NCBI GenBank assembly: GCA_040954595.2
Contig: CM082594.2
Location: 824,247 to 888,246, forward strand
DNA from: Balanoglossus misakiensis
Taxonomy: Eukaryota > Animalia > Hemichordata
Reading direction: 5' to 3'
DNA: 64,000 nt
Shown here: in pieces, positions 31,201 through 46,200 of the stretch
Numbering within the stretch: the stretch's first letter is position 1
How the letters are laid out: each line of letters opens with the position of its first letter
Notes under the pieces: generated by a model
What the model was told of the DNA's origin: nothing
Database searches by the model: none
Seen by the model: only the letters and a program-made list of their open reading frames with translations
Made by a program: the position numbers and the translations under genes

Positions 31201-34200
31201 AGAGGTCTTACCCGTCATTGGCACAAACAGACAGGAAATAAGCTTTCAGCCTACCAATGTAGCTATTGTATTTTCCACTTTTTGTAAGTGAAGCCTGACT
31301 GTCGCCTGTCTTAGGTCACCACTTCATAAGAGGTCTTACCCGTCATTGGCACAAACAGTCTCAGGAAGTAAGCTTTCAGCCTACCAATGTAGCTATTATA
31401 TTTTCCACTTTTTGTAAGTGAAGCCTGACTGTCGCCTGTCTTAGGTCACCACTTCATAAGCGGTCTTACCCGTCATTGGCACAAACAGTCTCAGGAAGTA
31501 AGCTTTCAGCCTACCAATGTAGCTATTGTATTTTCCACTTTTTGTAAGTGAAGCCTGACTGTCGCCTGTCTTAGGTCACCACTTCATAAGCGGTCTTACC
31601 CGTCATTGGCACAAACAGTCTCAGGAAGTAAGCTTTCAGCCTACCAATGTAGCTATTGTATTTTCCACTTTTTGTAAGTGAAGCCTGACTGTCGCCTGTC
31701 TTAGGTCACCACTTCATAAGTGTTCTTACCCGTCATTGGCACAAACAGTCTCAGGAAGTAAGCTTTCAGCCTACCAATGTAGCTATTATATTTTCCACTT
31801 TTTGTAAGTGAAGCCTGACTGTCGCCTGTCTTAGGTCACCACTTCATAAGCGGTCTTACCCGTCATTGGCACATACAGTCTCAGGAAGTTAGCTTTCAAT
31901 CTACCAATGTAGCTATTATATTTTCCACTTTTTGTAAGTGAAGCCTGACTGTCGCCTGTCTTAGGTCACCACTTCATAAGAGGTCTTACCCGTCATTGGC
32001 ACAAACAGTCTCAGGAAGTAAGCTTTCAGCCTACCAATGTAGCTATTGTATTTTCAACTTTTTGTAAGTGAAGCCTGACTGTCGCCTGTCTTAGGTCACC
32101 ACTTCATAAGAGGTCTTACCCGTCATTGGCACAAACAGACAGGAAGTAAGCTTTCAGCCTACCAATGTAGCTTTTGTATTTTCAACTGTTTGTAAGTGAA
32201 GCCTGACTGTCGCCTGTCTTAGGTCACCACTTCATAAGAGGTCTTACCCGTCATTGGCACAAACAGTCTCAGGAAGTAAGCTTTCAGCCTACCAATGTAG
32301 CTATTATATTTTCCACTTTTTGTAAGTGAAGCCTGACTGTCGCCTGTCTTAGGTCACCACTTCATAAGAGGTGTTACCCGTCATTGGCACAAACAGTCTC
32401 AGGAAGTAAGCTTTCAGCCTACCAATGTAGCTATTGTATTTTCAACTTTTTGTAAGTGAAGCCTGACTGTCGCCTGTCTTAGGTCACCACTTCATAAGAG
32501 GTCTTACCCGTCATTGGCACAAACAGACTCAGGAAGTAAGCTTTCAGCCTACCAATGTAGCTATTGTATTTTCAACTTTTTGTAAGTGAAGCCTGACTGT
32601 CGCCTGTCTTAGGTCACCACTTCATAAGAGGTCTTACCCGTCATTGGCACAAACAGTCTCCGGAAGTAAGCTTTCAGCCTACCAATGTAGCTATTGTATT
32701 TTCCACTTTTTGTAAGTGAAGCCTGACTGTCACCTGTCTTAGGTCACCACTTCATAAGCGGTCTTACCCGTCATTGGCACAAACAGTCTCAGGAAGTAAG
32801 CTTTCAGCCTACCAATGTAGCTATTATATTTTCCACTTTTTGTAAGTGAAGCCTGACTGTCGCCTGTCTTAGTTCACCTCTTCATAAGCGGTCTTACCCG
32901 TCATTGGCACAAACAGTCTCAGGAATTAAGCTTTCAGCATACCAATGTAGCTATTATATTTACCACTTTTTGTAAGTGAAGCCTGACTGTCGCCTGTCTT
33001 AGGTCACCACCTCATAAGCGGTCTTACCCGTCATTGGCACAAACAGTCTCAGGAAGTTAGCTTTCAGCCTACCAATGAAGCTATTATATTTTCCACTTTT
33101 TGTAAGTGAAGCCTGACTGTCGCCTGTCTTAGGTCACCGACTCATAAGCGGTCTTACCCGTCATTGGCACAAACAGTCTCAGGAAGTAAGCTTTCAGCCT
33201 ACCAATGTAGCTATTATATTTTCCACTTTTTGTAAGTGAAGCCTGACTGTCGCCTGTCTTAGGTCACCACTTCATAAGCGGTCTTACCCGTCATTGGCAC
33301 AAACAGTCTCAGGAAGTAAGCTTTCAGCCTACCAATGTAGCTATTATATTTTCCACATTTTGTAAGTGAAGCCTGACTGTCGCCTGTCTTAGGTCACCAC
33401 TTCATAAGCGGTCTTACCCGTCATTGGCACAAACAGTCTCAGGAAGTAAGCTTTCAGCCTACCAATGTAGCTATTGTATTTTCCACTTTTTGTAAGTAAA
33501 GCCTGACTGTCGCCTGTCTTAGGTCACCACTTCATAAGAGGTCTTACCCGTCATTGGCACAAACAGTCTCAGGAAGTAAGCTTTCAGCCTACCAATGTAG
33601 CTATTGTATTTTCCACTTTTTGTAAGTGAAGCCTGACTGTCGCCTTTCTTAGGTCACCACTTCATAAGAGGTCTTACCCGTCATTGGCACAAACAGTCTC
33701 AGGAGGTAAGCTTTCAGCCTACCAATGTAGCTATTGTATTTTCCACTTTTTGTAAGTGAAGCCTGACTGTCGCCTGTCTTAGGTCACCTCTTCATAAGCG
33801 GTCTTACCCGTCATTGGCACAAACAGTCTCAGGAAGTAAGCTTTCAGCCTACCAATGTAGCTATTGTATTTTCAACTTTTTGTAAGTGAAGCCTGACTGT
33901 CGCCTGTCTTAGGTCACCACTTCATAAGAGGTCTTACCCGTCATTGGCACAAACAGACTCAGGAAGTAAGCTTTAAGCCTACCAATGTAGCTATTGTATT
34001 TTCAACTTTTTGTAAGTGAAGCCTGACTGTCGCGTGTCTTAGGTCACCACTTCATAAGAGGTCTTACCCGTCATTGGCACAAACAGTCTCCGGAAGTAAG
34101 CTTTCAGCCTACTAATGTAGCTATTGTATTTTCCACTTTTTGTAAGTGAAGCCTGACTGTCGCCTGTCTTAGGTCACCACTTCATAAGCGGTCTTACCCG

Positions 34201-37200
34201 TCATTGGCACAAACAGTCTCAGGAAGTAAGCTTTCAGCCTACCAATGTAGCTATTATATTTTCCACTTTTTGTAAGTGAAGCCTGACTGTCGCCTGTCTT
34301 AGTTCACCACTTCATAAGCGGTCTTACCCGTCATTGGCACAAACAGTCTCCGGAAGTAAGCTTTCAGCCTACCAATGTAGCTATTGTATTTTCCACTTTT
34401 TGTAAGTGAAGCCTGACTGTCGCCTGTCTTAGGTCACCACTTCATAAGCGGTCTTACCCGACATTGGCACAAACAGACAGGAAGTAAGCTTTCAGCCTAC
34501 CAATGTAGCTTTTGTATTTTCAACTGTTTGTAAGTGAAGCCTGACTGTCGCCTGTCTTAGGTCACCACTTCATAAGCGGTCTTACCCGTCATTGGCACAA
34601 ACAGTCTCAGGAAGTAAGCTTTCAGCCTACCAATGTAGCTATTGTATTTTCCACTTTTTGTAAGTGAAGCCTGACTGTTGCCTGTCTTAGGTCACCACTT
34701 CATAAGTGTTCTTACCCGTCATTGGCACAAACAGTCTCAGGAAGTAAGCTTTCAGCCTACCAATGTAGCTATTATATTTTCCACTTTTTGTAAGTGAAGC
34801 CTGACTGTCGCCTGTCTTAGGTCACCACTTCATAAGCGGTCTTACCCGTCATTGGCACAAACAGTCTCAGGAAGTTAGCTTTCAGCCTACCAATGTAGCT
34901 ATTATATTTTCAACTTTTTGTAAGTGAAGCCTGACTGTCGCCTGTCTTAGTTCACCACTTCATAAGAGGTCTTACCCGTCATTGGCACAAACAGACAGGA
35001 AATAAGCTTTCAGCCTACCAATGTAGCTATTGTATTTTCCACTTTTTGTAAGTGAAGCCTGACTGTCGCCTGTCTTAGGTCACCACTTCATAAGAGGTCT
35101 TACCCGTCATTGGCACAAACAGTCTCAGGAAGTAAGCTTTCAGCCTACCAATGTAGCTATTATATTTTCCACTTTTTGTAAGTGAAGCCTGACTGTCGCC
35201 TGTCTTAGGTCACCACTTCATAAGCGGTCTTACCCGTCATTGGCACAAACAGTCTCAGGAAGTAAGCTTTCAGCCTACCAATGTAGCTATTGTATTTTCC
35301 ACTTTTTGTAAGTGAAGCCTGACTGTCGCCTGTCTTAGGTCACCACTTCATAAGCGGTCTTACCCGTCATTGGCACAAACAGTCTCAGGAAGTAAGCTTT
35401 CAGCCTACCAATGTAGCTATTGTATTTTCCACTTTTTGTAAGTGAAGCCTGACTGTCGCCTGTCTTAGGTCACCACTTCATAAGTGTTCTTACCCGTCAT
35501 TGGCACAAACAGTCTCAGGAAGTAAGCTTTCAGCCTACCAATGTAGCTATTATATTTTCCACTTTTTGTAAGTGAAGCCTGACTGTCGCCTGTCTTAGGT
35601 CACCACTTCATAAGCGGTCTTACCCGTCATTGGCACATACAGTCTCAGGAAGTTAGCTTTCAATCTACCAATGTAGCTATTATATTTTCCACTTTTTGTA
35701 AGTGAAGCCTGACTGTCGCCTGTCTTAGGTCACCACTTCATAAGAGGTCTTACCCGTCATTGGCACAAACAGTCTCAGGAAGTAAGCTTTCAGCCTACCA
35801 ATGTAGCTATTGTATTTTCAACTTTTTGTAAGTGAAGCCTGACTGTCGCCTGTCTTAGGTCACCACTTCATAAGAGGTCTTACCCGTCATTGGCACAAAC
35901 AGACAGGAAGTAAGCTTTCAGCCTACCAATGTAGCTTTTGTATTTTCAACTGTTTGTAAGTGAAGCCTGACTGTCGCCTGTCTTAGGTCACCACTTCATA
36001 AGAGGTCTTACCCGTCATTGGCACAAACAGTCTCAGGAAGTAAGCTTTCAGCCTACCAATGTAGCTATTATATTTTCCACTTTTTGTAAGTGAAGCCTGA
36101 GTGTCGCCTGTCTTAGGTCACCACTTCATAAGAGGTGTTACCCGTCATTGGCACAAACAGTCTCAGGAAGTAAGCTTTCAGCCTACCAATGTAGCTATTG
36201 TATTTTCAACTTTTTGTAAGTGAAGCCTGACTGTCGCCTGTCTTAGGTCACCACTTCATAAGAGGTCTTACCCGTCATTGGCACAAACAGACTCAGGAAG
36301 TAAGCTTTCAGCCTACCAATGTAGCTATTGTATTTTCAACTTTTTGTAAGTGAAGCCTGACTGTCGCCTGTCTTAGGTCACCACTTCATAAGAGGTCTTA
36401 CCCGTCATTGGCACAAACAGTCTCCGGAAGTAAGCTTTCAGCCTACCAATGTAGCTATTGTATTTTCCACTTTTTGTAAGTGAAGCCTGACTGTCACCTG
36501 TCTTAGGTCACCACTTCATAAGCGGTCTTACCCGTCATTGGCACAAACAGTCTCAGGAAGTAAGCTTTCAGCCTACCAATGTAGCTATTATATTTTCCAC
36601 TTTTTGTAAGTGAAGCCTGACTGTCGCCTGTCTTAGTTCACCTCTTCATAAGCGGTCTTACCCGTCATTGGCACAAACAGTCTCAGGAATTAAGCTTTCA
36701 GCATACCAATGTAGCTATTATATTTACCACTTTTTGTAAGTGAAGCCTGACTGTCGCCTGTCTTAGGTCACCACCTCATAAGCGGTCTTACCCGTCATTG
36801 GCACAAACAGTCTCAGGAAGTTAGCTTTCAGCCTACCAATGAAGCTATTATATTTTCCACTTTTTGTAAGTGAAGCCTGACTGTCGCCTGTCTTAGGTCA
36901 CCGACTCATAAGCGGTCTTACCCGTCATTGGCACAAACAGTCTCAGGAAGTAAGCTTTCAGCCTACCAATGTAGCTATTATATTTTCCACTTTTTGTAAG
37001 TGAAGCCTGACTGTCGCCTGTCTTAGGTCACCACTTCATAAGCGGTCTTACCCGTCATTGGCACAAACAGTCTCAGGAAGTAAGCTTTCAGCCTACCAAT
37101 GTAGCTATTATATTTTCCACATTTTGTAAGTGAAGCCTGACTGTCGCCTGTCTTAGGTCACCACTTCATAAGCGGTCTTACCCGTCATTGGCACAAACAG

Positions 37201-40200
37201 TCTCAGGAAGTAAGCTTTCAGCCTACCAATGTAGCTATTGTATTTTCCACTTTTTGTAAGTAAAGCCTGACTGTCGCCTGTCTTAGGTCACCACTTCATA
37301 AGAGGTCTTACCCGTCATTGGCACAAACAGTCTCAGGAAGTAAGCTTTCAGCCTACCAATGTAGCTATTGTATTTTCCACTTTTTGTAAGTGAAGCCTGA
37401 CTGTCGCCTTTCTTAGGTCACCACTTCATAAGAGGTCTTACCCGTCATTGGCACAAACAGTCTCAGGAGGTAAGCTTTCAGCCTACCAATGTAGCTATTG
37501 TATTTTCCACTTTTTGTAAGTGAAGCCTGACTGTCGCCTGTCTTAGGTCACCTCTTCATAAGCGGTCTTACCCGTCATTGGCACAAACAGTCTCAGGAAG
37601 TAAGCTTTCAGCCTACCAATGTAGCTATTGTATTTTCAACTTTTTGTAAGTGAAGCCTGACTGTCGCCTGTCTTAGGTCACCACTTCATAAGAGGTCTTA
37701 CCCGTCATTGGCACAAACAGACTCAGGAAGTAAGCTTTAAGCCTACCAATGTAGCTATTGTATTTTCAACTTTTTGTAAGTGAAGCCTGACTGTCGCGTG
37801 TCTTAGGTCACCACTTCATAAGAGGTCTTACCCGTCATTGGCACAAACAGTCTCCGGAAGTAAGCTTTCAGCCTACTAATGTAGCTATTGTATTTTCCAC
37901 TTTTTGTAAGTGAAGCCTGACTGTCGCCTGTCTTAGGTCACCACTTCATAAGCGGTCTTACCCGTCATTGGCACAAACAGTCTCAGGAAGTAAGCTTTCA
38001 GCCTACCAATGTAGCTATTATATTTTCCACTTTTTGTAAGTGAAGCCTGACTGTCGCCTGTCTTAGTTCACCACTTCATAAGCGGTCTTACCCGTCATTG
38101 GCACAAACAGTCTCCGGAAGTAAGCTTTCAGCCTACCAATGTAGCTATTGTATTTTCCACTTTTTGTAAGTGAAGCCTGACTGTCGCCTGTCTTAGGTCA
38201 CCACTTCATAAGCGGTCTTACCCGACATTGGCACAAACAGACTCAGGAAGTAAGCTTTCAGCCTACCAATGTAGCTATTGTATTTTCAACTTTTTGTAAG
38301 TGAAGCCTGACTGTCGCCTGTCTTAGGTCACCACTTCATAAGAGGTCTTACCCGTCATTGGCACAAACAGTCTCCGGAAGTAAGCTTTCAGCCTACCAAT
38401 GTAGCTATTGTATTTTCCACTTTTTGTAAGTGAAGCCTGACTGTCGCCTGTCTTAGGTCACCACTTCATAAGCGGTCTTACCCGTCATTGGCACAAACAG
38501 TCTCATGAATTAAGCTTTCAGCATACCAATGTAGCTATTATATTTTCCACTTTTTGTAAGTGAAGCCTGACTGTCGCCTGTCTTAGGTCACCACATCATA
38601 AGCGGTCTTACCCGTCATTGGCACAAACAGTCTCAGGAAGTTAGCTTTCAGCCTACCAATGAAGCTATTATATTTTCCACTTTTTGTAAGTGAAGCCTGA
38701 CTGTCGCCTGTCTTAGGTCACCGACTCATAAGCGGTCTTACCCGTCATTGGCACAAACAGTCTCAGGAAGTAAGCTTTCAGCCTACCAATGTAGCTATTA
38801 TATTTTCCACTTTTTGTAAGTGAAGCCTGACTGTCGCCTGTCTTAGGTCACCACTTCATAAGCGGTCTTACCCGTCATTGGCACAAACAGTCTCAGGAAG
38901 TAAGCTTTCAGCCTACCAATGTAGCTATTATATTTTCCACTTTTTGTAAGTGAAGCCTGACTGTCGCCTGTCTTAGGTCACCACTTCATAAGCGGTCTTA
39001 CCCGTCATTGGCACAAACAGTCTCAGGAAGTAAGCTTTCAGCCTACCAATGTAGCTATTGTATTTTCCACTTTTTGTAAGTGAAGCCTGACTGTCGCCTG
39101 TCTTAGGTCACCACTTTATAAGCGGTCTTACCCGTCATTGGCACAAACAGTCTCAGGAAGTAAGCTTGCAGCCTACCTATGTAGCTATTGTATTTTCCAC
39201 TTTTTGTAAGTGAAGCCTGACTGTCACCTGTCTTAGGTCACCACTTCATAAGCGGTCTTACCCGTCATTGGCACAAACAGTCTCAGGAAGTAAGCTTTCA
39301 GCCTACCAATGTAGCTATTATATTTTCCACTTTTTGTAAGTGAAGCCTGACTGTCGCCTGTCTTAGTTCACCACTTCATAAGCGGTCTTACCCGTCATTG
39401 GCACAAACAGTCTCAGGAATTAAGCTTTCAGCATACCAATGTAGCTATTATATTTACCACTTTTTGTAAGTGAAGCCTGACTGTCGCCTGTCTTAGGTCA
39501 TCACCTCATAAGCGGTCTTACCCGTCATTGGCACAAACAGTCTCAGGAAGTTAGCTTTCAGCCTACCAATGAAGCTATTATATTTTCCACTTTTTGTAAG
39601 TGAAGCCTGACTGTCGCCTGTCTTAGGTCACCGACTCATAAGCGGTCTTACCCGTCATTGGCACAAACAGTCTCAGGAAGTAAGCTTTCAGCCTACCAAT
39701 GTAGCTATTATATTTTCCACTTTTTGTAAGTGAAGCCTGACTGTCGCCTGTCTTAGGTCACCACTTCATAAGCGGTCTTACCCGTCATTGGCACAAACAG
39801 TCTCAGGAAGTAAGCTTTCAGCCTACCAATGTAGCTATTATATTTTCCACTTTTTGTAAGTGAAGCCTGACTGTCGCCTGTCTTAGGTCACCACTTCATA
39901 AGCGGTCTTACCCGTCATTGGCACAAACAGTCTCAGGAAGTAAGCTTTCAGCCTACCAATGTAGCTATTGTATTTTCCACTTTTTGTAAGTGAAGCCTGA
40001 CTGTCGCCTGTCTTAGGTCACCACTTCATAAGAGGTCTTACCCGTCATTGGCACAAACAGTCTCAGTAAGTAAGCTTTCAGCCTACCAATGTAGCTATTG
40101 TATTTTCCACTTTTTGTAAGTGAAGCCTGACTGTCGCCTTTCTTAGGTCACCACTTCAAAAGCGGTCTTACCCGTCATAGGCACAAACAGTCTCAGGAAG

Positions 40201-43200
40201 TAAGCTTTCAGCCTACCAATGTAGCTATTATATTTTCCACTTTTTGTAAGTGAAGCCTGACTGTCGCCTGTCTTAGGTCACCACTTCATAAGAGGTCTTA
40301 CCCGTCATTGGCACAAACAGTCTCAGGAAGTAAGCTTTCAGCCTACCAATGTAGCTATTGTATTTTCAACTTTTTGTAAGTGAAGCCTGACTGTCGCCTG
40401 TCTTAGGTCACCACCTCATAAGCGGTCTTACCCGTCATTGGCACAAACAGTCTCAGGAAGTTAGCTTTCAGCCTACCAATGAAGCTATTATATTTTCCAC
40501 TTTTTGTAAGTGAAGCCTGACTGTCGCCTGTCTTAGGTCACCGACTCATAAGCGGTCTTACCCGTCATTGGCACAAACAGTCTCAGGAAGTAAGCTTTCA
40601 GCCTACCAATGTAGCTATTATATTTTCCACTTTTTGTAAGTGAAGCCTGACTGTCGCCTGTCTTAGGTCACCACTTCATAAGCGGTCTTACCCGTCATTG
40701 GCACAAACAGTCTCAGGAATTAAGCTTTCAGCATACCAATGTAGCTATTATATTTACCACTTTTTGTAAGTGAAGCCTGACTGTCGCCTGTCTTAGGTCA
40801 CCACCTCATAAGCGGTCTTACCCGTCATTGGCACAAACAGTCTCAGGAAGTTAGCTTTCAGCCTACCAATGAAGCTATTATATTTTCCACTTTTTGTAAG
40901 TGAAGCCTGACTGTCGCCTGTCTTAGGTCACCGACTCATAAGCGGTCTTACCCGTCATTGGCACAAACAGTCTCAGGAAGTAAGCTTTCAGCCTACCAAT
41001 GTAGCTATTATATTTTCCACTTTTTGTAAGTGAAGCCTGACTGTCGCCTGTCTTAGGTCACCACTTCATAAGCGGTCTTACCCGTCATTGGCACAAACAG
41101 TCTCAGGAAGTAAGCTTTCAGCCTACCAATGTAGCTATTATATTTTCAACTTTTTGTAAGTGAAGCCTGACTGTCGCCTGTCTTAGGTCACCACTTCATA
41201 AGCGGTCTTACCCATCATTGGCACAAACAGTCTCAGGAAGTAAGCTTTCAGCCTACCAATGTAGCTATTGTATTTTCCACTTTTTGTAAGTGAAGCCTGA
41301 CTGTCGCCTGTCTTAGGTCACCACTTTATAAGCGGTCTTACCCGTCATAGGCACAAACAGTCTCGGGAAGTAAGCTTTCAGCCTACCAATGTAGCTATTG
41401 TATTTTCCACTTTTTGTAAGTGAAGCCTGACTGTCGCCTGTCTTAGGTCACCACTTCATAAGTGTTCTTACCCGTCATTGGCACAAACAGTCTCAGGAAG
41501 TAAGCTTTCAGCCTACCAATGTAGCTATTATATTTTCCACTTTTTGTAAGTGAAGCATGACTGTCGCCTGTCTTAGGTCACCACTTCATAAGCGGTCTTA
41601 CCCGTCATTGGCACAAACAGTCTCAGGAGGTAAGCTTTCAGCCTACCAATGTAGCTATTGTATTTTCCACTTTTTGTAAGTGAAGCCTGACTGTCGCCTG
41701 TCTTAGGTCACCACTTCATAAGAGGTCTTACCCGTCATTGGCACAAACAGTCTCAGGAAGTAAGCTTTCAGCCTACCAATGTAGCTATTATATTTTCCAC
41801 TTTTTGTAAGTGAAGCCTGACTGTCGCCTGTCTTAGGTCACCTCTTCATAAGCGGTCTTACCCGTCATTGGCACAAACAGTCTCAGGAAGTAAGCTTTCA
41901 GCCTACCAATGTAGCTATTAAATTTTTTACTTTTTGTAAGTGAAGCCTGACTGTCGCCTGTCTTAGGTCACCACCTCATAAGCGGTCTTACCCGTCATTG
42001 GCACAAACAGTCTCAGGAAGTAAGCTTTCAGCCTACCAATGTAGCTATTATATTTTCCACTTTTTGTAAGTGAAGCCTGACTGTCGCCTGTCTTAGGTCA
42101 CCACTTCATAAGCGGTCTTACCCGTCATTGGCACAAACAGTCTCAGGAAGTAAGCTTTCAGCCTACCAATGTAGCTATTATATTTTCCACTTTTTGTAAG
42201 TGAAGCCTGACTGTCGCCTGTCTTAGGTCACCACTTCATAAGTGGTCTTACCCGTCATTGGCACAAACAGTCTCAGGAAGTAAGCTTTCAGCCTACCAAT
42301 GTAGCTATTGTATTTTCCACTTTTTGTAAGTGAAGCCTGACTGTCGCCTGTCTTAGGTCACCACTTCAAAAGCGGTCTTACCCGTCATAGGCACAAACAG
42401 TCTCAGGAAGTAAGCTTTCAGCCTACCAATGTAGCTATTATATTTTCCACTTTTTGTAAGTGAAGCCTGACTGTCGCCTGTCTTAGGTCACCACTTCATA
42501 AGAGGTCTTACCCGTCATTGGCACAAACAGTCTCAGGAAGTAAGCTTTCAGCCTACCAATGTAGCTATTGTATTTTCAACTTTTTGTAAGTGAAGCCTGA
42601 CTGTCGCCTGTCTTAGGTCACCACCTCATAAGCGGTCTTACCCGTCATTGGCACAAACAGTCTCAGGAAGTTAGCTTTCAGCCTACCAATGAAGCTATTA
42701 TATTTTCCACTTTTTGTAAGTGAAGCCTGACTGTCGCCTGTCTTAGGTCACCGACTCATAAGCGGTCTTACCCGTCATTGGCACAAACAGTCTCAGGAAG
42801 TAAGCTTTCAGCCTACCAATGTAGCTATTATATTTTCCACTTTTTGTAAGTGAAGCCTGACTGTCGCCTGTCTTAGGTCACCACTTCATAAGCGGTCTTA
42901 CCCGTCATTGGCACAAACAGTCTCAGGAAGTTAGCTTTCAGCCTACCAATGAAGCTATTATATTTTCCACTTTTTGTAAGTGAAGCCTGACTGTCGCCTG
43001 TCTTAGGTCACCGACTCATAAGCGGTCTTACCCGTCATTGGCACAAACAGTCTCAGGAAGTAAGCTTTCAGCCTACCAATGTAGCTATTATATTTTCCAC
43101 TTTTTGTAAGTGAAGCCTGACTGTCGCCTGTCTTAGGTCACCGACTCATAAGCGGTCTTACCCGTCATTGGCACAAACAGTCTCAGGAAGTAAGCTTTCA

Positions 43201-46200
43201 GCCTACCAATGTAGCTATTATATTTTCCACTTTTTGTAAGTGAAGCCTGACTGTCGCCTGTCTTAGGTCACCACTTCATAAGCGGTCTTACCCATCATTG
43301 GCACAAACAGTCTCAGGAAGTAAGCTTTCAGCCTACCAATGTAGCTATTGTATTTTCCACTTTTTGTAAGTGAAGCCTGACTGTCGCCTGTCTTAGGTCA
43401 CCACTTTATAAGCGGTCTTACCCGTCATAGGCACAAACAGTCTCGGGAAGTAAGCTTTCAGCCTACCAATGTAGCTATTGTATTTTCCACTTTTTGTAAG
43501 TGAAGCCTGACTGTCGCCTGTCTTAGGTCACCACTTCATAAGTGTTCTTACCCGTCATTGGCACAAACAGTCTCAGGAAGTAAGCTTTCAGCCTACCAAT
43601 GTAGCTATTATATTTTCCACTTTTTGTAAGTGAAGCATGACTGTCGCCTGTCTTAGGTCACCACTTCATAAGCGGTCTTACCCGTCATTGGCACAAACAG
43701 TCTCAGGAGGTAAGCTTTCAGCCTACCAATGTAGCTATTGTATTTTCCACTTTTTGTAAGTGAAGCCTGACTGTCGCCTGTCTTAGGTCACCACTTCATA
43801 AGAGGTCTTACCCGTCATTGGCACAAACAGTCTCAGGAAGTAAGCTTTCAGCCTACCAATGTAGCTATTATATTTTCCACTTTTTGTAAGTGAAGCCTGA
43901 CTGTCGCCTGTCTTAGGTCACCTCTTCATAAGCGGTCTTACCCGTCATTGGCACAAACAGTCTCAGGAAGTAAGCTTTCAGCCTACCAATGTAGCTATTA
44001 AATTTTTTACTTTTTGTAAGTGAAGCCTGACTGTCGCCTGTCTTAGGTCACCACCTCATAAGCGGTCTTACCCGTCATTGGCACAAACAGTCTCAGGAAG
44101 TAAGCTTTCAGCCTACCAATGTAGCTATTATATTTTCCACTTTTTGTAAGTGAAGCCTGACTGTCGCCTGTCTTAGGTCACCACTTCATAAGCGGTCTTA
44201 CCCGTCATTGGCACAAACAGTCTCAGGAAGTAAGCTTTCAGCCTACCAATGTAGCTATTATATTTTCCACTTTTTGTAAGTGAAGCCTGACTGTCGCCTG
44301 TCTTAGGTCACCACTTCATAAGTGGTCTTACCCGTCATTGGCACAAACAGTCTCAGGAAGTAAGCTTTCAGCCTACCAATGTAGCTATTGTATTTTCCAC
44401 TTTTTGTAAGTGAAGCCTGACTGTCGCCTGTCTTAGGTCACCACTTCAAAAGCGGTCTTACCCGTCATAGGCACAAACAGTCTCAGGAAGTAAGCTTTCA
44501 GCCTACCAATGTAGCTATTATATTTTCCACTTTTTGTAAGTGAAGCCTGACTGTCGCCTGTCTTAGGTCACCACTTCATAAGAGGTCTTACCCGTCATTG
44601 GCACAAACAGTCTCAGGAAGTAAGCTTTCAGCCTACCAATGTAGCTATTGTATTTTCAACTTTTTGTAAGTGAAGCCTGACTGTCGCCTGTCTTAGGTCA
44701 CCACCTCATAAGCGGTCTTACCCGTCATTGGCACAAACAGTCTCAGGAAGTTAGCTTTCAGCCTACCAATGAAGCTATTATATTTTCCACTTTTTGTAAG
44801 TGAAGCCTGACTGTCGCCTGTCTTAGGTCACCGACTCATAAGCGGTCTTACCCGTCATTGGCACAAACAGTCTCAGGAAGTAAGCTTTCAGCCTACCAAT
44901 GTAGCTATTATATTTTCCACTTTTTGTAAGTGAAGCCTGACTGTCGCCTGTCTTAGGTCACCACTTCATAAGCGGTCTTACCCGTCATTGGCACAAACAG
45001 TCTCAGGAATTAAGCTTTCAGCATACCAATGTAGCTATTATATTTACCACTTTTTGTAAGTGAAGCCTGACTGTCGCCTGTCTTAGGTCACCACCTCATA
45101 AGCGGTCTTACCCGTCATTGGCACAAACAGTCTCAGGAAGTTAGCTTTCAGCCTACCAATGAAGCTATTATATTTTCCACTTTTTGTAAGTGAAGCCTGA
45201 CTGTCGCCTGTCTTAGGTCACCGACTCATAAGCGGTCTTACCCGTCATTGGCACAAACAGTCTCAGGAAGTAAGCTTTCAGCCTACCAATGTAGCTATTA
45301 TATTTTCCACTTTTTGTAAGTGAAGCCTGACTGTCGCCTGTCTTAGGTCACCACTTCATAAGCGGTCTTACCCGTCATTGGCACAAACAGTCTCAGGAAG
45401 TAAGCTTTCAGCCTACCAATGTAGCTATTATATTTTCAACTTTTTGTAAGTGAAGCCTGACTGTCGCCTGTCTTAGGTCACCACTTCATAAGCGGTCTTA
45501 CCCATCATTGGCACAAACAGTCTCAGGAAGTAAGCTTTCAGCCTACCAATGTAGCTATTGTTTTTTCCACTTTTTGTAAGTGAAGCCTGACTGTCGCCTG
45601 TCTTAGGTCACCACTTTATAAGCGGTCTTACCCGTCATAGGCACAAACAGTCTCGGGAAGTAAGCTTTCAGCCTACCAATGTAGCTATTGTATTTTCCAC
45701 TTTTTGTAAGTGAAGCCTGACTGTCGCCTTTCTTAGGTCACCACTTCATAAGAGGTCTTACCCGTCATTGGCACAAACAGTCTCAGGAGGTAAGCTTTCA
45801 GCCTACCAATGTAGCTATTGTATTTTCCACTTTTTGTAAGTGAAGCCTGACTGTCGCCTGTCTTAGGTCACCACTTCATAAGAGGTCTTACCCGTCATTG
45901 GCACAAACAGTCTCAGGAAGTAAGCTTTCAGCCTACCAATGTAGCTATTATATTTTCCACTTTTTGTAAGTGAAGCCTGACTGTCGCCTGTCTTAGGTCA
46001 CCTCTTCATAAGCGGTCTTACCCGTCATTGGCACAAACAGTCTCAGGAAGTAAGCTTTCAGCCTACCAATGTAGCTATTAAATTTTTTACTTTTTGTAAG
46101 TGAAGCCTGACTGTCGCCTGTCTTAGGTCACCACCTCATAAGCGGTCTTACCCGTCATTGGCACAAACAGTCTCAGGAAGTAAGCTTTCAGCCTACCAAT

